From: an uncultured Acidobacteriota bacterium
Lineage (GTDB): Bacteria > Acidobacteriota > Terriglobia > Acidiferrales > UBA7541
Assembly: GCA_963701865.1 (NCBI GenBank)
Contig: CAVPBO010000002.1
Coordinates: 35,239 to 99,238, forward strand
Reading direction: 5' to 3'
DNA: 64,000 nucleotides
Shown: in pieces, positions 41,183-49,512 of the stretch
Layout: the number at the start of each line of letters is the position of its first letter
How positions within the stretch are numbered: position 1 is the first letter of the stretch
The notes under the pieces: generated by a model
Told to the model about the DNA's origin: nothing
The model's input: the letters and a program-made list of their open reading frames with translations, nothing else
Databases searched by the model: none
Made by a program: the position numbers and the translations under genes

Positions 41183-42664
41183 TTAAAGCTGAACTTCCTC
41201 AATCACCACACCGGCCCGAGTGCCTTCCCGGGCGCAAAATTCTTCCGCCGGAGGCAGCCCGCGCGCCCATGCCACTCGCCCGGCGCTTTCCAGCACAGGC
41301 CAGGTAGCGCGGTCGCGGCTCGGAACGCGGCCCGCCAGGAACATCTCCTTCAGTTTCTTCGACTGACGGCGCCCCTGCGGCCGATAGGCGTCTCCCGGCC
41401 GCCAGTTCCGCAAAATCAAAGGTTCGCGAAGCAAATTCGCATCGAGAACCGCGCTATCCCTTTTAGTGTCGCGCTCTGAGACAGACCAGTCAATCACTTT
41501 CAGGCAGAAGCGGCTGTTCAGTTCTGGAACCGAAACGTCGCGACGCCGTGCGCCGGAAGACTCACAACATATAGATACGCATTCTCTCGCGAGACGGTTT
41601 CCCGCGAATTCGACGACCTGCCGCGCGCGTTGCGCGCTCGAGAAAATCAGCTCGCCGAAATTCCGCTCCACCAGAACGCCGCCGGGAAGTTCGGCGCGGT
41701 TCCCGCTTGCGGACGCCGAGGCAAGATGAATCACTTGCTCCACATGAACGGCGGTGAGCCCGCCCGGCTTCGCCGCGCAGCTCCTTATAGAGGCGGCGAA
41801 TCAAGCGCTCGGTCAAACGTGCGAAGCGCGGCGGGTTCCGCGGCGGACGACAAATCCAGCGGCGCAAGCAGATCGTGAATGCGAACTCCGAGTTTTCCTT
41901 CGTCTGCGCCGTACGAGCGCGCGGAAGCGATCGTCCACCAGCGCGTTCCAGAAAACTTCCTCCTCGCGCGCAAGCTCGGCTAGTCCCGCCAGGTGGTCCA
42001 CTGCGCGCGGAGAAAAATCGCGTTCGAGCAGCGGCAACAGTTGCTCGCGAATTCGCGCGCGTTGCTTGCTCAGATCGCGATTCGTCGAATCTTCGCGCCA
42101 GTCCTGTCCGACGCCGCGCAAATATTCCCGCAAATCCTCGCGGCGCTCGCCAAGCAGCGGCCGCACAACCGAACCCACGGAGGGATAAATTCCCGCAAGC
42201 CCCGCCGGGCCGGTGCCTCGAAGAATGTGCGCCAGAACCGTCTCGGCCTGATCGTCCGCCGTATGCGCGACGACCACGCGCGTGGCGCGCGCCTTCCGCG
42301 ACCACGCGCTCGAAGAATGCGTATCGGAGACGCCGGGCAGCGTCTTCCAGATTCCATTTGTGCGCCGATGCCGCAGCCGCCACGTCTTCGCCGCCGCCAA
42401 CAAATTCAAGCCCCCGCGCGCGAGCAAGTTCTTCGACAAAATGGGCGTCCGCGTCCGATTCCGCGCCGCGAAGCTGGTGATTGAAATGAACGACCAACAG
42501 AGTGATCGCCCAGCCGCTCGCGCAGGCTTTCGAAGAATCCGCAAAAGCGCGACGGAATCAGCGCCACCTGAAACAGCCACACCCGCGCGATCCCCGGGCG
42601 CCAGCATTCGCGCCGTGCGAATGCGATTGAGAACGCGATTTTCGAGTGAGTTCGCTGACTGCAT
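41183..42664 (-). pseudogene. tilS: tRNA(Ile)-lysidine synthetase, at least 5 frame changes (probably sequence error)
   Basis: MQSANSLENRVLNRIRTARMLAPGDRAGVAVSGGADSVALLRIL (PP-loop SGGxDS) / VVHFNHQLRGAESDADAHFVEELARARGLEF..NLEDAARRLRYAFFERVVAEG / ATRVVVAHTADDQAETVLAHILRGTGPAGLAGI...DSTN / several short segments in 41740-41930 / C-terminal ..EQVIHLASASASGNRAELPGGVLVERNFGELIF...ILRNWRPGDAYRP..KKLKEMF. The pieces are spread over ORFs 41813..42802, 41562..42497, 41785..41973 and 41183..41743. Confidence 0.85.
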
Positions 42665-42734
42665 ACATGGGCCGGAAATGCCGACCTGTATCCATTTTAG
42701 CAGCCGGTTGAGGCGGGGTCGAGCGACGGCGGAA

Positions 42735-43150
42735 TTAGCGAGTTGGTCGCTGGCCTGCTGCGTGAAGAGGCTGCGGCTGGATGAAATGCTTCGGTCGAGC
42801 ACGACGGCGGCAAAATGGGAGCATCTCTGCGCTCTCGTCTTCGGTCCAGAGGGCCACGCGTGGACTGAAAGTGCCGAACGCGCGTCTCAGCATCTGCAGC
42901 AGACGGTAGTAGATGGCAATGGCGCGGACTCCGGTCCGGTCGGCGTCATGTTCGGGACACAGACGCACAAGTTGCAGAACCCGGTCGAAAGTCGTCCGCA
43001 GCCAGACTCTCGCCTTCGCATGCCGGAAAGGGCGACCACGCGCGGCGACAGTTCCACTTTTCGAGCGGAAGCCAGCGCGGATCGGCAGTAGGAGACAAAG
43101 ACCTGCGCGAGCGCGGCCAGCGAAACAACGGCGATGAGCATTGCCATCAT
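42735..43150 (-). CDS. Hypothetical membrane-anchored protein, frameshifted; 3' end unresolved
   Basis: ATG 43148-43150 gives MMAMLIAVVSLAALAQVFVSY (TM). A protein-like continuation ..HAKARVWLRTTFDRVLQLVRLCPEHDADRTGVRAIAIYYRLLQMLRRAF.. lies in the frame of ORF 42735..42968. Confidence 0.4.
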
Positions 43151-43345
43151 TCAGATTTCACCGAAGCGATCCCTTGAGTCCCACCGCGAAGGGAGGGAAG
43201 CCATGCCGTATAACTGCTTGTATTCGCATACACTTGCCCCCGCATTCGCCAGCAGTTCGCAAATCCGCAGATTCGCGGAATGGTTAAACGTAAAGTAGCC
43301 TTTCGCTTCGCGGTGGGTCAATGTTACCGAGGTACCAGTCGCCAA
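43151..43345 (-). CDS. Hypothetical 64-aa protein
   Basis: The only support is that the ORF is intact and its stop (43151-43153) abuts the next gene's ATG (43148-43150). No family recognised. Confidence 0.3.
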   Translation of the reverse strand: MATGTSVTLTHREAKGYFTFNHSANLRICELLANAGASVCEYKQLYGMASLPSRWDSRDRFGEI

Positions 43346-43379
43346 TAGCGCGCGTCGTGGCGCGGCGGGCTCGATTGCA

Positions 43380-44212
43380 TCAATCGAGATACTTCACGAA
43401 AACCACTTCGTTCTGCGCCTCGTTATAAAGGAGTTCGTCTACCTTAGCTTTGACCAGCACAAGTCCGAATCCGCCCGGACGCAATCCCTTCTGTTCGCGG
43501 ATCAGGCCGTGTTCGATGGGACTGTCGCCATGCGTGATGGCGGCATGGTCCAGATCCGCGAATTTGAATCCGGGGCCGGGATCGGCGATGCGATACATCA
43601 GCATTCTTTTGGCGCGCAAATAGGAGATGCGGACCCTGCGCTTGGGATCCAGTTTGCCGCCCCATTCAATCGCATTCATCAAGAGCTCGTGGAATGCCTG
43701 TGCCATCGAAGCTCCGCACCTCCTCGTGAAAGGCCGGTCTCGAGATGCTCCATGAAAGTTTCCAGGCGCGTGCCCGCTTCCAGAGAACACGGCACCAATA
43801 TCTCGACCCATTCCGGACGCGCGGAAATAACTTCGATCGGGGGAATGTTCGATTTCTGGCCGAGCGATTCCCGCACCACCGTGAGCAGGTTCTCCCGTTC
43901 GATGGGTTTCGCGATGTAGCGATGGGCGCGTTCTCGCACAGCGGCCAGAACCGTGCCGGGTGTTTCGTCGGACGTGATGACGATCACCTTCGGGCCGGCT
44001 TTTTTCCCCCGCATCGCTGCCAGCACGTCGAGACCGTTCATTTTCGGCATCCAGACGTCGAGCAGCACAAGATCGAATTTCGTTTTTTGGAGTGCTTTCA
44101 GGGCGGCACGGCCATCGGCCACCGCCGTGACCGCGTACTTCTCGGCCCGGAGGATCTCTGCCATCCACTGGCGAGTCGTTATGTCGTCGTCCGCCACCAA
44201 AATGCGCTTCAA
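43380..44212 (-). CDS. Response-regulator receiver fused to RsbW/SpoIIAB-like HATPase (anti-sigma-type Ser kinase) domain, about 2 frameshifts
   Basis: TTG start at 44212 follows GGGAGG. The REC domain is canonical (MKRILVADDD...DLVLLDVWMPKMNGLDVL..VIVITSD..YIAKP). The C-terminal part in the frame of ORF 43380..44387 reads ..AQAFHELLMNAIEWGG..ISYLRAKRMLMYRIADPGPGF..GGFGLVLVKAKVDELLYNEAQNEVVFVKYLD. The linker ..FHEEVRS.. is in the third frame (43700-43740). Confidence 0.8.
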
Positions 44213-44399
44213 GTTTCCTCCCGCGAGAAAATGCGAACGGCTGATCGGGATACTGACGGGGCCGCTGGTCGGACCACCGATAGGACCGCTGCAATAAGTG
44301 TACCTTGCGGCAGACGGATTCTTGATGTCGACAATCTGTCGTGATACGCAGGCGTAAGGGGTGGTGCGAAGGAAGGCACTTTTGCATGCACGCGGTTCC

Positions 44400-44860
44400 C
44401 GGATTTTTTGGCGATTAGAACGGGAGCGATCGTTTGTTTCCAGTGACTTAGACTGGATTGTAATAACGGGAGTTGGCGATTAGAAATTTGCACGCGAGAC
44501 GCAGAGTTGCGAAGGATCGAAGGAACGTCCGGAGTCGCGGTAGCGCAGTCTGACCCTGCAAAAGTGTGACACTTAATCGTGACACCTTTCCTTTGTTTTG
44601 AGTGAGTTAGAGGGGAAATTACTTTGCATGGTGTGTCGAGTAATTGCGCGCATCGCGGCGTCAAATTGCGGGGCTTCCTTACGTGCGAAACGCTTTCCAT
44701 GTCTCGTCCTTTGACAATCCGATCGGGATTGTCACATCCGGTTCCGGGAGTCGTGCGGACCCCACCGGAGTCCCTGCGTCGGAGCCTGAGCGCGGCGATC
44801 CTGAATTCCGCCGGCCGAAGGGTCTCGGTTCGGGCAAACTGCGCCCGAACCAAGCTAGCA
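44400..44860 (-). repeat. Non-coding repeat element, copy 2 (see 13470..13850)
   Basis: The core at about 44561-44637 is the reverse complement of 13679-13755. Two direct GGCGATTAGAA motifs lie at 44410-44420 and 44475-44485. A palindrome TGACAATCC-GATCG-GGATTGTCA lies at 44712-44734. Confidence 0.6.
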
Positions 44861-44980
44861 CGAGGGGAATTGGGAGATGTCAAGCAGCGCCTGTGGACTT
44901 TTTCTCGGAGCGCGATACATGAGGGCTGCGGTCATGAACAGACGGACGCACCCTTCTGAGAAACGAAGAGTGCGGCACCC

Positions 44981-45075
44981 GCTGAATGTTGTGCGTGGCC
45001 AGGACATGCTGCGGTGTAGATTTCTAACCTGACGCGAGAACGAAGTTGAGCGAGGGCGCGAAGGGTGAGCCACCC
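44981..45075 (-). repeat. 95-nt island repeat, copy A
   Basis: GCTGAATGT...ATGCTGCGGTGTAGATTTCTAACCTGACGCGAGAACGAAGTTGAGCGAGGGCGCGAAGGGTGAGCCACC. About 87% identical to copy B. It abuts the Rhs fragment directly. Confidence 0.7.
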
Positions 45076-45215
45076 GCCCGTAAGTATTCAATCCGTCCGT
45101 CAGCATGTTGCCTGAGGAGTCAAAGGTGAAGCCTGTGGCTGAAAGCCGGTTGCTCGTCGTCGCTGAGACTCCGAGAGTTTCCTGCGTGCAGCCCGTATAT
45201 CCCGAAAGCGCGCCG
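45076..45215 (-). pseudogene. Internal Rhs/YD-repeat fragment (duplicate of part of 49513..51209)
   Basis: Translation IGALSGYTGCTQETLGVSATTSNRLSATGFTFDSSGNMLTDGLNTYG is nearly identical to residues of the larger Rhs ORF. The nucleotide match is to about 50680-50815. Homology stops abruptly at both ends. Confidence 0.75.
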
Positions 45216-45659
45216 ATGATGAACTCGCCGTCTGCGAGGATATTTCTCCGGTCGGCATGTGCTTCCGCAGCAAGCGCCGCTACGCCTCCGACGCCGCGAT
45301 AGACGTAGCCGTTCCCTATTCGCCCGATGCCGCCAATATTTTCCTGCCCGCGCGCGTGGTCTACTCCGAGGAAATGCCCAAGGCCGGCCTCTTCCGCCAC
45401 GGCACCGAGTACCGCCGCATCGGCGCCCGCACGCGGTGACGATCCGACCACGATCGGCATCCCGAGCAAATCCGCCTGCCTTTTGGCGGAAGAGCCGAGG
45501 GGTGACCTCGCCTTTCGTGTTGGTCTTCGTAGGGGCGTAGTCCGCCGCGGCGGACCCGGCAAGCTTCCTAGCACGCTCGGGCCATTCGTCACTGGCGGCA
45601 CTGGCCCTCCGAACGTGTGTCTCCCCAATCCGATCAGGATCGTCATCCGGAGCGAATCG

Positions 45660-45754
45660 GCTGAATGTGATGCATGACTCGGAGATGCTGCGGTGTAGAT
45701 GTCAAACCTGACGCGAGAACGAAGTTGAGCGAAGGCGCTCAAGGGTGAGCCACC
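45660..45754 (-). repeat. 95-nt island repeat, copy B
   Basis: Same element as copy A. It lies 52 nt beyond the stop of ORF 45807..46259. Confidence 0.7.
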
Positions 45755-45806
45755 TCGCCGGGTACTGGGGCTGTTACTCGGAATTCATCATTGAGGGGAT
45801 GTGCGA

Positions 45807-46259
45807 TCATTCGCCATCGATCAGCAGTAGGAGGATTGCTTCCTCCGCATATCTGTCGAGGTCCTCGGTCAGCCAGTTTTCGCCCGATCGGATTTGGTGG
45901 AATCTGACAACGCAACCGTCTTCGGCAACTGAAACTATGACTTGAAATCGACGCTCCCCCGCCAGTCGAGCAAGCTCATGTTGCAACGCAACAGCGTAGT
46001 TCAAACAAGACAACAGCGATTCACGATCCCCGTTGAATGGGATATGAACATGGTTAACAAAGCATTCAAAGCCCGTTTTGTCAGGGAATTCGGCGGGTTT
46101 CACGTGCTTCGCGCGCTCATACTCATTCTTGAACAGCACAGAATCGTCCACAACCGCCAATTTGGGCAACGCCGGTTCTTCCGCCCCCAAGTAGCTAGGC
46201 AGGGGTACTGGAATGTTTGTCCGCGCGAGAAGTTCAGACATCCTCTTATTCATTCTCAT
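45807..46259 (-). CDS. Hypothetical cytoplasmic protein (possible orphan immunity protein)
   Basis: Intact 150 aa with no signal peptide. Composition looks AT-richer than surrounding core genes. The start overlaps the stop of the upstream small ORF (ATGA at 46256-46259). No family recognised. Confidence 0.55.
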   Translation of the reverse strand: MRMNKRMSELLARTNIPVPLPSYLGAEEPALPKLAVVDDSVLFKNEYERAKHVKPAEFPDKTGFECFVNHVHIPFNGDRESLLSCLNYAVALQHELARLAGERRFQVIVSVAEDGCVVRFHQIRSGENWLTEDLDRYAEEAILLLLIDGE

Positions 46260-46390
46260 TGAGTCACGCCAAGATACCTGAGACCCTTTTGTATTGCCTG
46301 CTGTATTTCTGGTTTGCTGAGAAGCTGTTCGTTTTTCGTGGCTGAGAGACCCTTGAACTCGCCTTTTGCCACGTCATAGATGTACTTACC
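46256..46390 (-). CDS. 3' part of a small ORF truncated or abutted by the IS element
   Basis: GKYIYDVAKGEFKGLSATKNEQLLSKPEIQQAIQKGLRYLGVTQ* begins exactly at the IS boundary. Across the IS, only 12 nt (GTG AGA TGT AGC) could extend it. Confidence 0.3.
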   Translation of the reverse strand, partial: GKYIYDVAKGEFKGLSATKNEQLLSKPEIQQAIQKGLRYLGVTQ

Positions 46391-46419
46391 TGACCTGCCC
46401 CCCGGATCCGCAGGGTGGA

Positions 46420-47292
46420 TCATACGACATTCGCATCTTGTGAGAGGGTTGCTTCGTCTGGCGTAGCGCGAAGCGCGGAGCCAGACGAAGCAAGGAGTTG
46501 CCGCGCGAACGCTGCTGGCGTCTGGTAGCCCAGCGCGCTGTGCGGACGCTCCTCGTTGTATTCCACTCGCCACGCTGCGATCTTCCGCCGCGCATCCCAC
46601 AAGTTTTCAAACCAGCTCACGTTCAAACATTCATCCCGCAACTTGCCGTGAAAACTTTCCACGTAACCATTCTGCTGCGGCTTTCCCGGCTGAATGTGCA
46701 CCAACTCGATCTGCCGCTCCATGCACCACGCCAGAAAATACCGGCTGGTGAACTCCGGTCCATTGTCACAACGAATCGCCAGTGGTTGGCCACGTTCCGC
46801 GATTATCGCTTCGAGCACCCGCGTCACTCGCCGGCTCGCCATACTGGTGTCCACCTCCAGGGCCGGGCATTCCCGCGTGTATTCATCCTCCACCGTCAAC
46901 ACGCGAATGGCTCTTCCACTCGCGACTGCATCGTGCACAAAATCCAACGCCCATTCCTGATTCGCTGCGGTCAACGCTGGCCGCCGCGGTCCTTCCCGCA
47001 CCAGCCTCTTTCGCGCTTTCCGACGCACCGCCAGTCCGGCTTCCTGGTATACGCGAAACACCCGCTTGTGATTCACGCGCTCCCCGCCGCCCGCCAGCAA
47101 AACATGCAACCGCCGGTAGCCGAAACGTGGTTTCTTCCGCGCCAGTTCCACCAACCGCTCGCGCAGCGCGGCGTCGCTCCGCGTGCTGCGGTAACGATAA
47201 CTCGATACCGCGATCTCCATCAGCCCGCAAATCCGCTGCTGGCTTGCCTGGTAGTTTTCCCCCAGCCAGCACACTGCTTCCCGCAGCTTCAC
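46420..47292 (-). CDS. IS3-family transposase OrfB (DDE integrase core), expressed as OrfAB by -1 frameshift
   Basis: ..[37 protein letters not shown].. is the DD(35)E rve domain. It is in the -1 frame relative to orfA. Confidence 0.9.
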   Translation of the reverse strand: MKLREAVCWLGENYQASQQRICGLMEIAVSSYRYRSTRSDAALRERLVELARKKPRFGYRRLHVLLAGGGERVNHKRVFRVYQEAGLAVRRKARKRLVREGPRRPALTAANQEWALDFVHDAVASGRAIRVLTVEDEYTRECPALEVDTSMASRRVTRVLEAIIAERGQPLAIRCDNGPEFTSRYFLAWCMERQIELVHIQPGKPQQNGYVESFHGKLRDECLNVSWFENLWDARRKIAAWRVEYNEERPHSALGYQTPAAFARQLLASSGSALRATPDEATLSQDANVV

Positions 47293-47567
47293 GAGCCCCA
47301 GCCGTTTTTTGAGATCACCGCTTTCAGCATGTCCTTGTCCAGACTCAGGTCTGCCACCAGTTTCTTCAACCGGTGGTTTTCATCCTCGAGCTGACGCAGC
47401 CGCTGCGCCTCGTTCACATCCAATCCGCCGAACTTCGCCTTCCAAGCGTAAATGGTGTGCTTCGACACGCCCATCTCCCGGCCTACGTCCTCTGCCGTCC
47501 GCCCCGCTTCCAACTGCTTCAACGCCCCGATCATCTCCGCTTCGCTGTGCTTTCCCTTCGACATCAC
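47289..47567 (-). CDS. IS3-family transposase OrfA (HTH)
   Basis: [84 protein letters not shown] is the typical IS3 OrfA helix-turn-helix plus leucine zipper. Confidence 0.9.
   Translation of the reverse strand: MMSKGKHSEAEMIGALKQLEAGRTAEDVGREMGVSKHTIYAWKAKFGGLDVNEAQRLRQLEDENHRLKKLVADLSLDKDMLKAVISKNGWGS
47304..47310 (-). promoter_or_regulatory. Programmed -1 ribosomal frameshift heptamer A_AAA_AAC
   Basis: The minus strand reads TCA AAA AAC in the orfA frame, 15 nt before the orfA stop. The orfB frame is open from here. Confidence 0.7.
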
Positions 47568-47696
47568 GCTCCTCCTCGTTCCGCAGAATCATATACACTT
47601 TCCTGCGGACTGCGGGGAGCAGGTCAGCTACATCTCACGAATTGAAAGTTGGAGCAGCAAGCCCTTAGTCGAATTGTCCACCGAGATGCGATTGCG

Positions 47697-48491
47697 CTAG
47701 AGATGCGGACCAAGATACGAGGTTAATTCCGTGTCCACTGATTTCTCTGAAGCCACCCTTAGAAGCAACCCTGACTTCGACAGCCAATAATACTCGGGAG
47801 AAGGGGAGGAGGCAGATTCAAGCAGCCGAAATTTTAAAGCAGGCACTTCTGCATTGAGAATTGAAATGGTGTCGATCCCTAGGTATTCAACCAACTCGCG
47901 TTCTTGGACTGTCAAGCTGCTACTACCATCCTTTCCATCCAATAACGTCACAAGAGCAACGGAAGTTTTGGCGCCAATCTTCCGGTCTGCTTCAGCTACT
48001 AACATTTGGACTGTCCACGGAACATCGGAAAGCGTTCCGCGATAAGTCGGCACGAAGAGGTAAGGTTTTGATTGAGCCAGTCGGGAAGACGGCCCCGGCT
48101 CACCACTCGGCCCTTTTAGTGCGCAGTCAATCCCTTGCGGGAGGTAATCACAATGCACGGAGGCCCCCAGATGCAAAGATATCTCGGCCGACGACGGCAC
48201 CATCGATCTCGAGAATGAGTGAGTCTCATCGACTCGAAACGGTTCCGAAAGAGGTGCACGTTGAATCTCCACGATGTAGCTATTGTCGGCAGTCCTCTCC
48301 ATTCGCCAGCGGTCCTGCACTGAGACAACTGCGTTACCATCGGAACCTGTCTTGAAATCCGAATACTCGCCTTGGCAAACAATCGTCGGCCGGAGCTCTG
48401 GGGACTGGGCACCTGCACAGACCGCAACGGACACTACGATAGAAATTACCAAACGCATGAGCATGGCAAGACTATTCTCCGGTGCATTCAT
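47697..48491 (-). CDS. Secreted hypothetical protein
   Basis: Intact 264 aa with signal peptide ..MLMRLVISIVVSVAVCAGAQS. It looks AT-richer than the core genes. No family recognised. Confidence 0.65.
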   Translation of the reverse strand: MNAPENSLAMLMRLVISIVVSVAVCAGAQSPELRPTIVCQGEYSDFKTGSDGNAVVSVQDRWRMERTADNSYIVEIQRAPLSEPFRVDETHSFSRSMVPSSAEISLHLGASVHCDYLPQGIDCALKGPSGEPGPSSRLAQSKPYLFVPTYRGTLSDVPWTVQMLVAEADRKIGAKTSVALVTLLDGKDGSSSLTVQERELVEYLGIDTISILNAEVPALKFRLLESASSPSPEYYWLSKSGLLLRVASEKSVDTELTSYLGPHL

Positions 48492-48642
48492 GACTTGATC
48501 CTTACCTTACCTAAGGGTCTTTGGTCAAATCTACTTGGCGGGTGGCCCACGCTTTCGTTCGCCGGATCGTGCTAATCATGCTCGGAGCCTCGCGGGCATA
48601 ATACCATCGCATTAGTTGACCGGAGAGTACGTCGTTGCGGGT

Positions 48643-48671
48643 GCCCCATCCTCGCCGTGCGAGGGTGGGGC
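48643..48671. repeat. REP-like hairpin
   Basis: GCCCCATCCTCGC-CGT-GCGAGGGTGGGGC: a 13-bp stem with one mismatch. It has the same GCCCCATCCT arm as the terminator at 1126-1160. Confidence 0.5.
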
Positions 48672-48832
48672 TTTGGGCTCCGTTCAATCTCGCTGGATAA
48701 GTAGCGTGAAACGTTCCTGTTACTTCGGTGACCGAGTATTTTGGACGGAAGTCCCCACCTGTTCCGCCTCCGGCGGACGAGGAATCGGGCGGCCGGAGAT
48801 TCTCAAGCTAAGACCTGGGCCAGCAGCCACCT

Positions 48833-48927
48833 GTTGAATGTCGTACTTGGCCTGGAAATGCTGCAGTGTAGATTTCTAACGTGGAGTGAGCATGAAAGTT
48901 GGCGAAGGAGCTTAAGGGTTGGCCACC
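48833..48927 (-). repeat. 95-nt island repeat, copy C (more divergent)
   Basis: GTTGAATGT...ATGCTGCAGTGTAGATTTCTAACGTGGAGTGAGCATGAAAGTTGGCGAAGGAGCTTAAGGGTTGGCCACC. It lies 12 nt beyond the stop of ORF 48939..49502. Confidence 0.65.
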
Positions 48928-48938
48928 TGCTAATCGAG

Positions 48939-49502
48939 CTAGAATGATGTCGCTGGAGCGGATACTGCGGCAGTCGGACCCCACCCTTCTAGGCTTCCCC
49001 TTAAGTCTTCAGCTATCTCCGCAGACCTAGCAGTCACGGTGATGTGATCGTCATGATTGACGACGGCGATCCAGTCACCTAACGGGTGAACGACGTAGGC
49101 GTCCCACTCGGCCAACAGAACCAGTAAAATCACGGCTGCGAGTTCGGCTGACTCATCTTTCCTAAACAGTTGTGCTCTTGCGGTTTCGAGGGATCGATTC
49201 TCGCCGTAACCCATCCGGAACCTCTCGAGCATTTGCAACGCAACCTCTTCCATTTCGGGCACCGCTATGCGTGTTCTCCTGACCCACACTAAGCCACCGG
49301 AAAACGCCGCCACGTCATGGCAACCCAAGAATGCCAAAGCACGCGCCGTCGGAAGAAGTTCGCGCCAGGCCATCTTTGAGATGTCAACCCGATAGGTGTG
49401 GCCTTCGCGCGGCGCGAGTAGCAGGCCGTCATCATTGAACTCAAGCTCCAACGGCCATGCCACGCACCAGTCCATGGCCTCACCATCCGTAAGTGTCTTC
49501 AT
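48939..49502 (-). CDS. Hypothetical protein, putative immunity protein for the Rhs C-terminal toxin
   Basis: Intact 187 aa with no signal peptide. The ATG at 49500-49502 lies 10 nt after the toxin stop, with AAAGGA as RBS. The assignment rests on position only. Confidence 0.55.
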   Translation of the reverse strand: MKTLTDGEAMDWCVAWPLELEFNDDGLLLAPREGHTYRVDISKMAWRELLPTARALAFLGCHDVAAFSGGLVWVRRTRIAVPEMEEVALQMLERFRMGYGENRSLETARAQLFRKDESAELAAVILLVLLAEWDAYVVHPLGDWIAVVNHDDHITVTARSAEIAEDLRGSLEGWGPTAAVSAPATSF

Positions 49503-49512
49503 TCGAATCCTT

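Larger units (their letters stand above)
46391..47626 (-). mobile_element. IS3-family insertion sequence (IS407-group-like)
   Basis: Terminal inverted repeats: TGACCTGCCCCCCGGATCCGCAGG (46391..) and the reverse complement of ..CCTGCGGACTGCGGGGAGCAGGTCA (..47626). Overlapping orfA/orfB with a -1 slippery site. No matching flanking direct repeat (TACC on the left, GCTA on the right). Confidence 0.9.

Noticed and set aside
44383-44399. GGCAC-N4-GCA resembling a sigma-54 -24/-12 promoter
   Set aside because: The spacing between the GG and GC elements is about 3 nt too short for the TGGCAC-N5-TTGCW consensus. No enhancer-binding protein gene is nearby.
46256-46600. 114-aa minus ORF
   Set aside because: It is a chimera. 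The N-terminal two-thirds is read-through of the IS3 left end, and only the last 44 residues lie outside the IS.
44981-48927. Idea that the 95-nt repeats are integron attC sites, because each follows a cassette ORF
   Set aside because: GCTCAAC fits the inverse core RYYYAAC. However, the only GTT-type candidate (GTTAGAA) lies about 17 nt away, fails the final Y, and is not conserved in copy B. No R''/L''-L'/R' symmetry is present and no intI gene is in the window.
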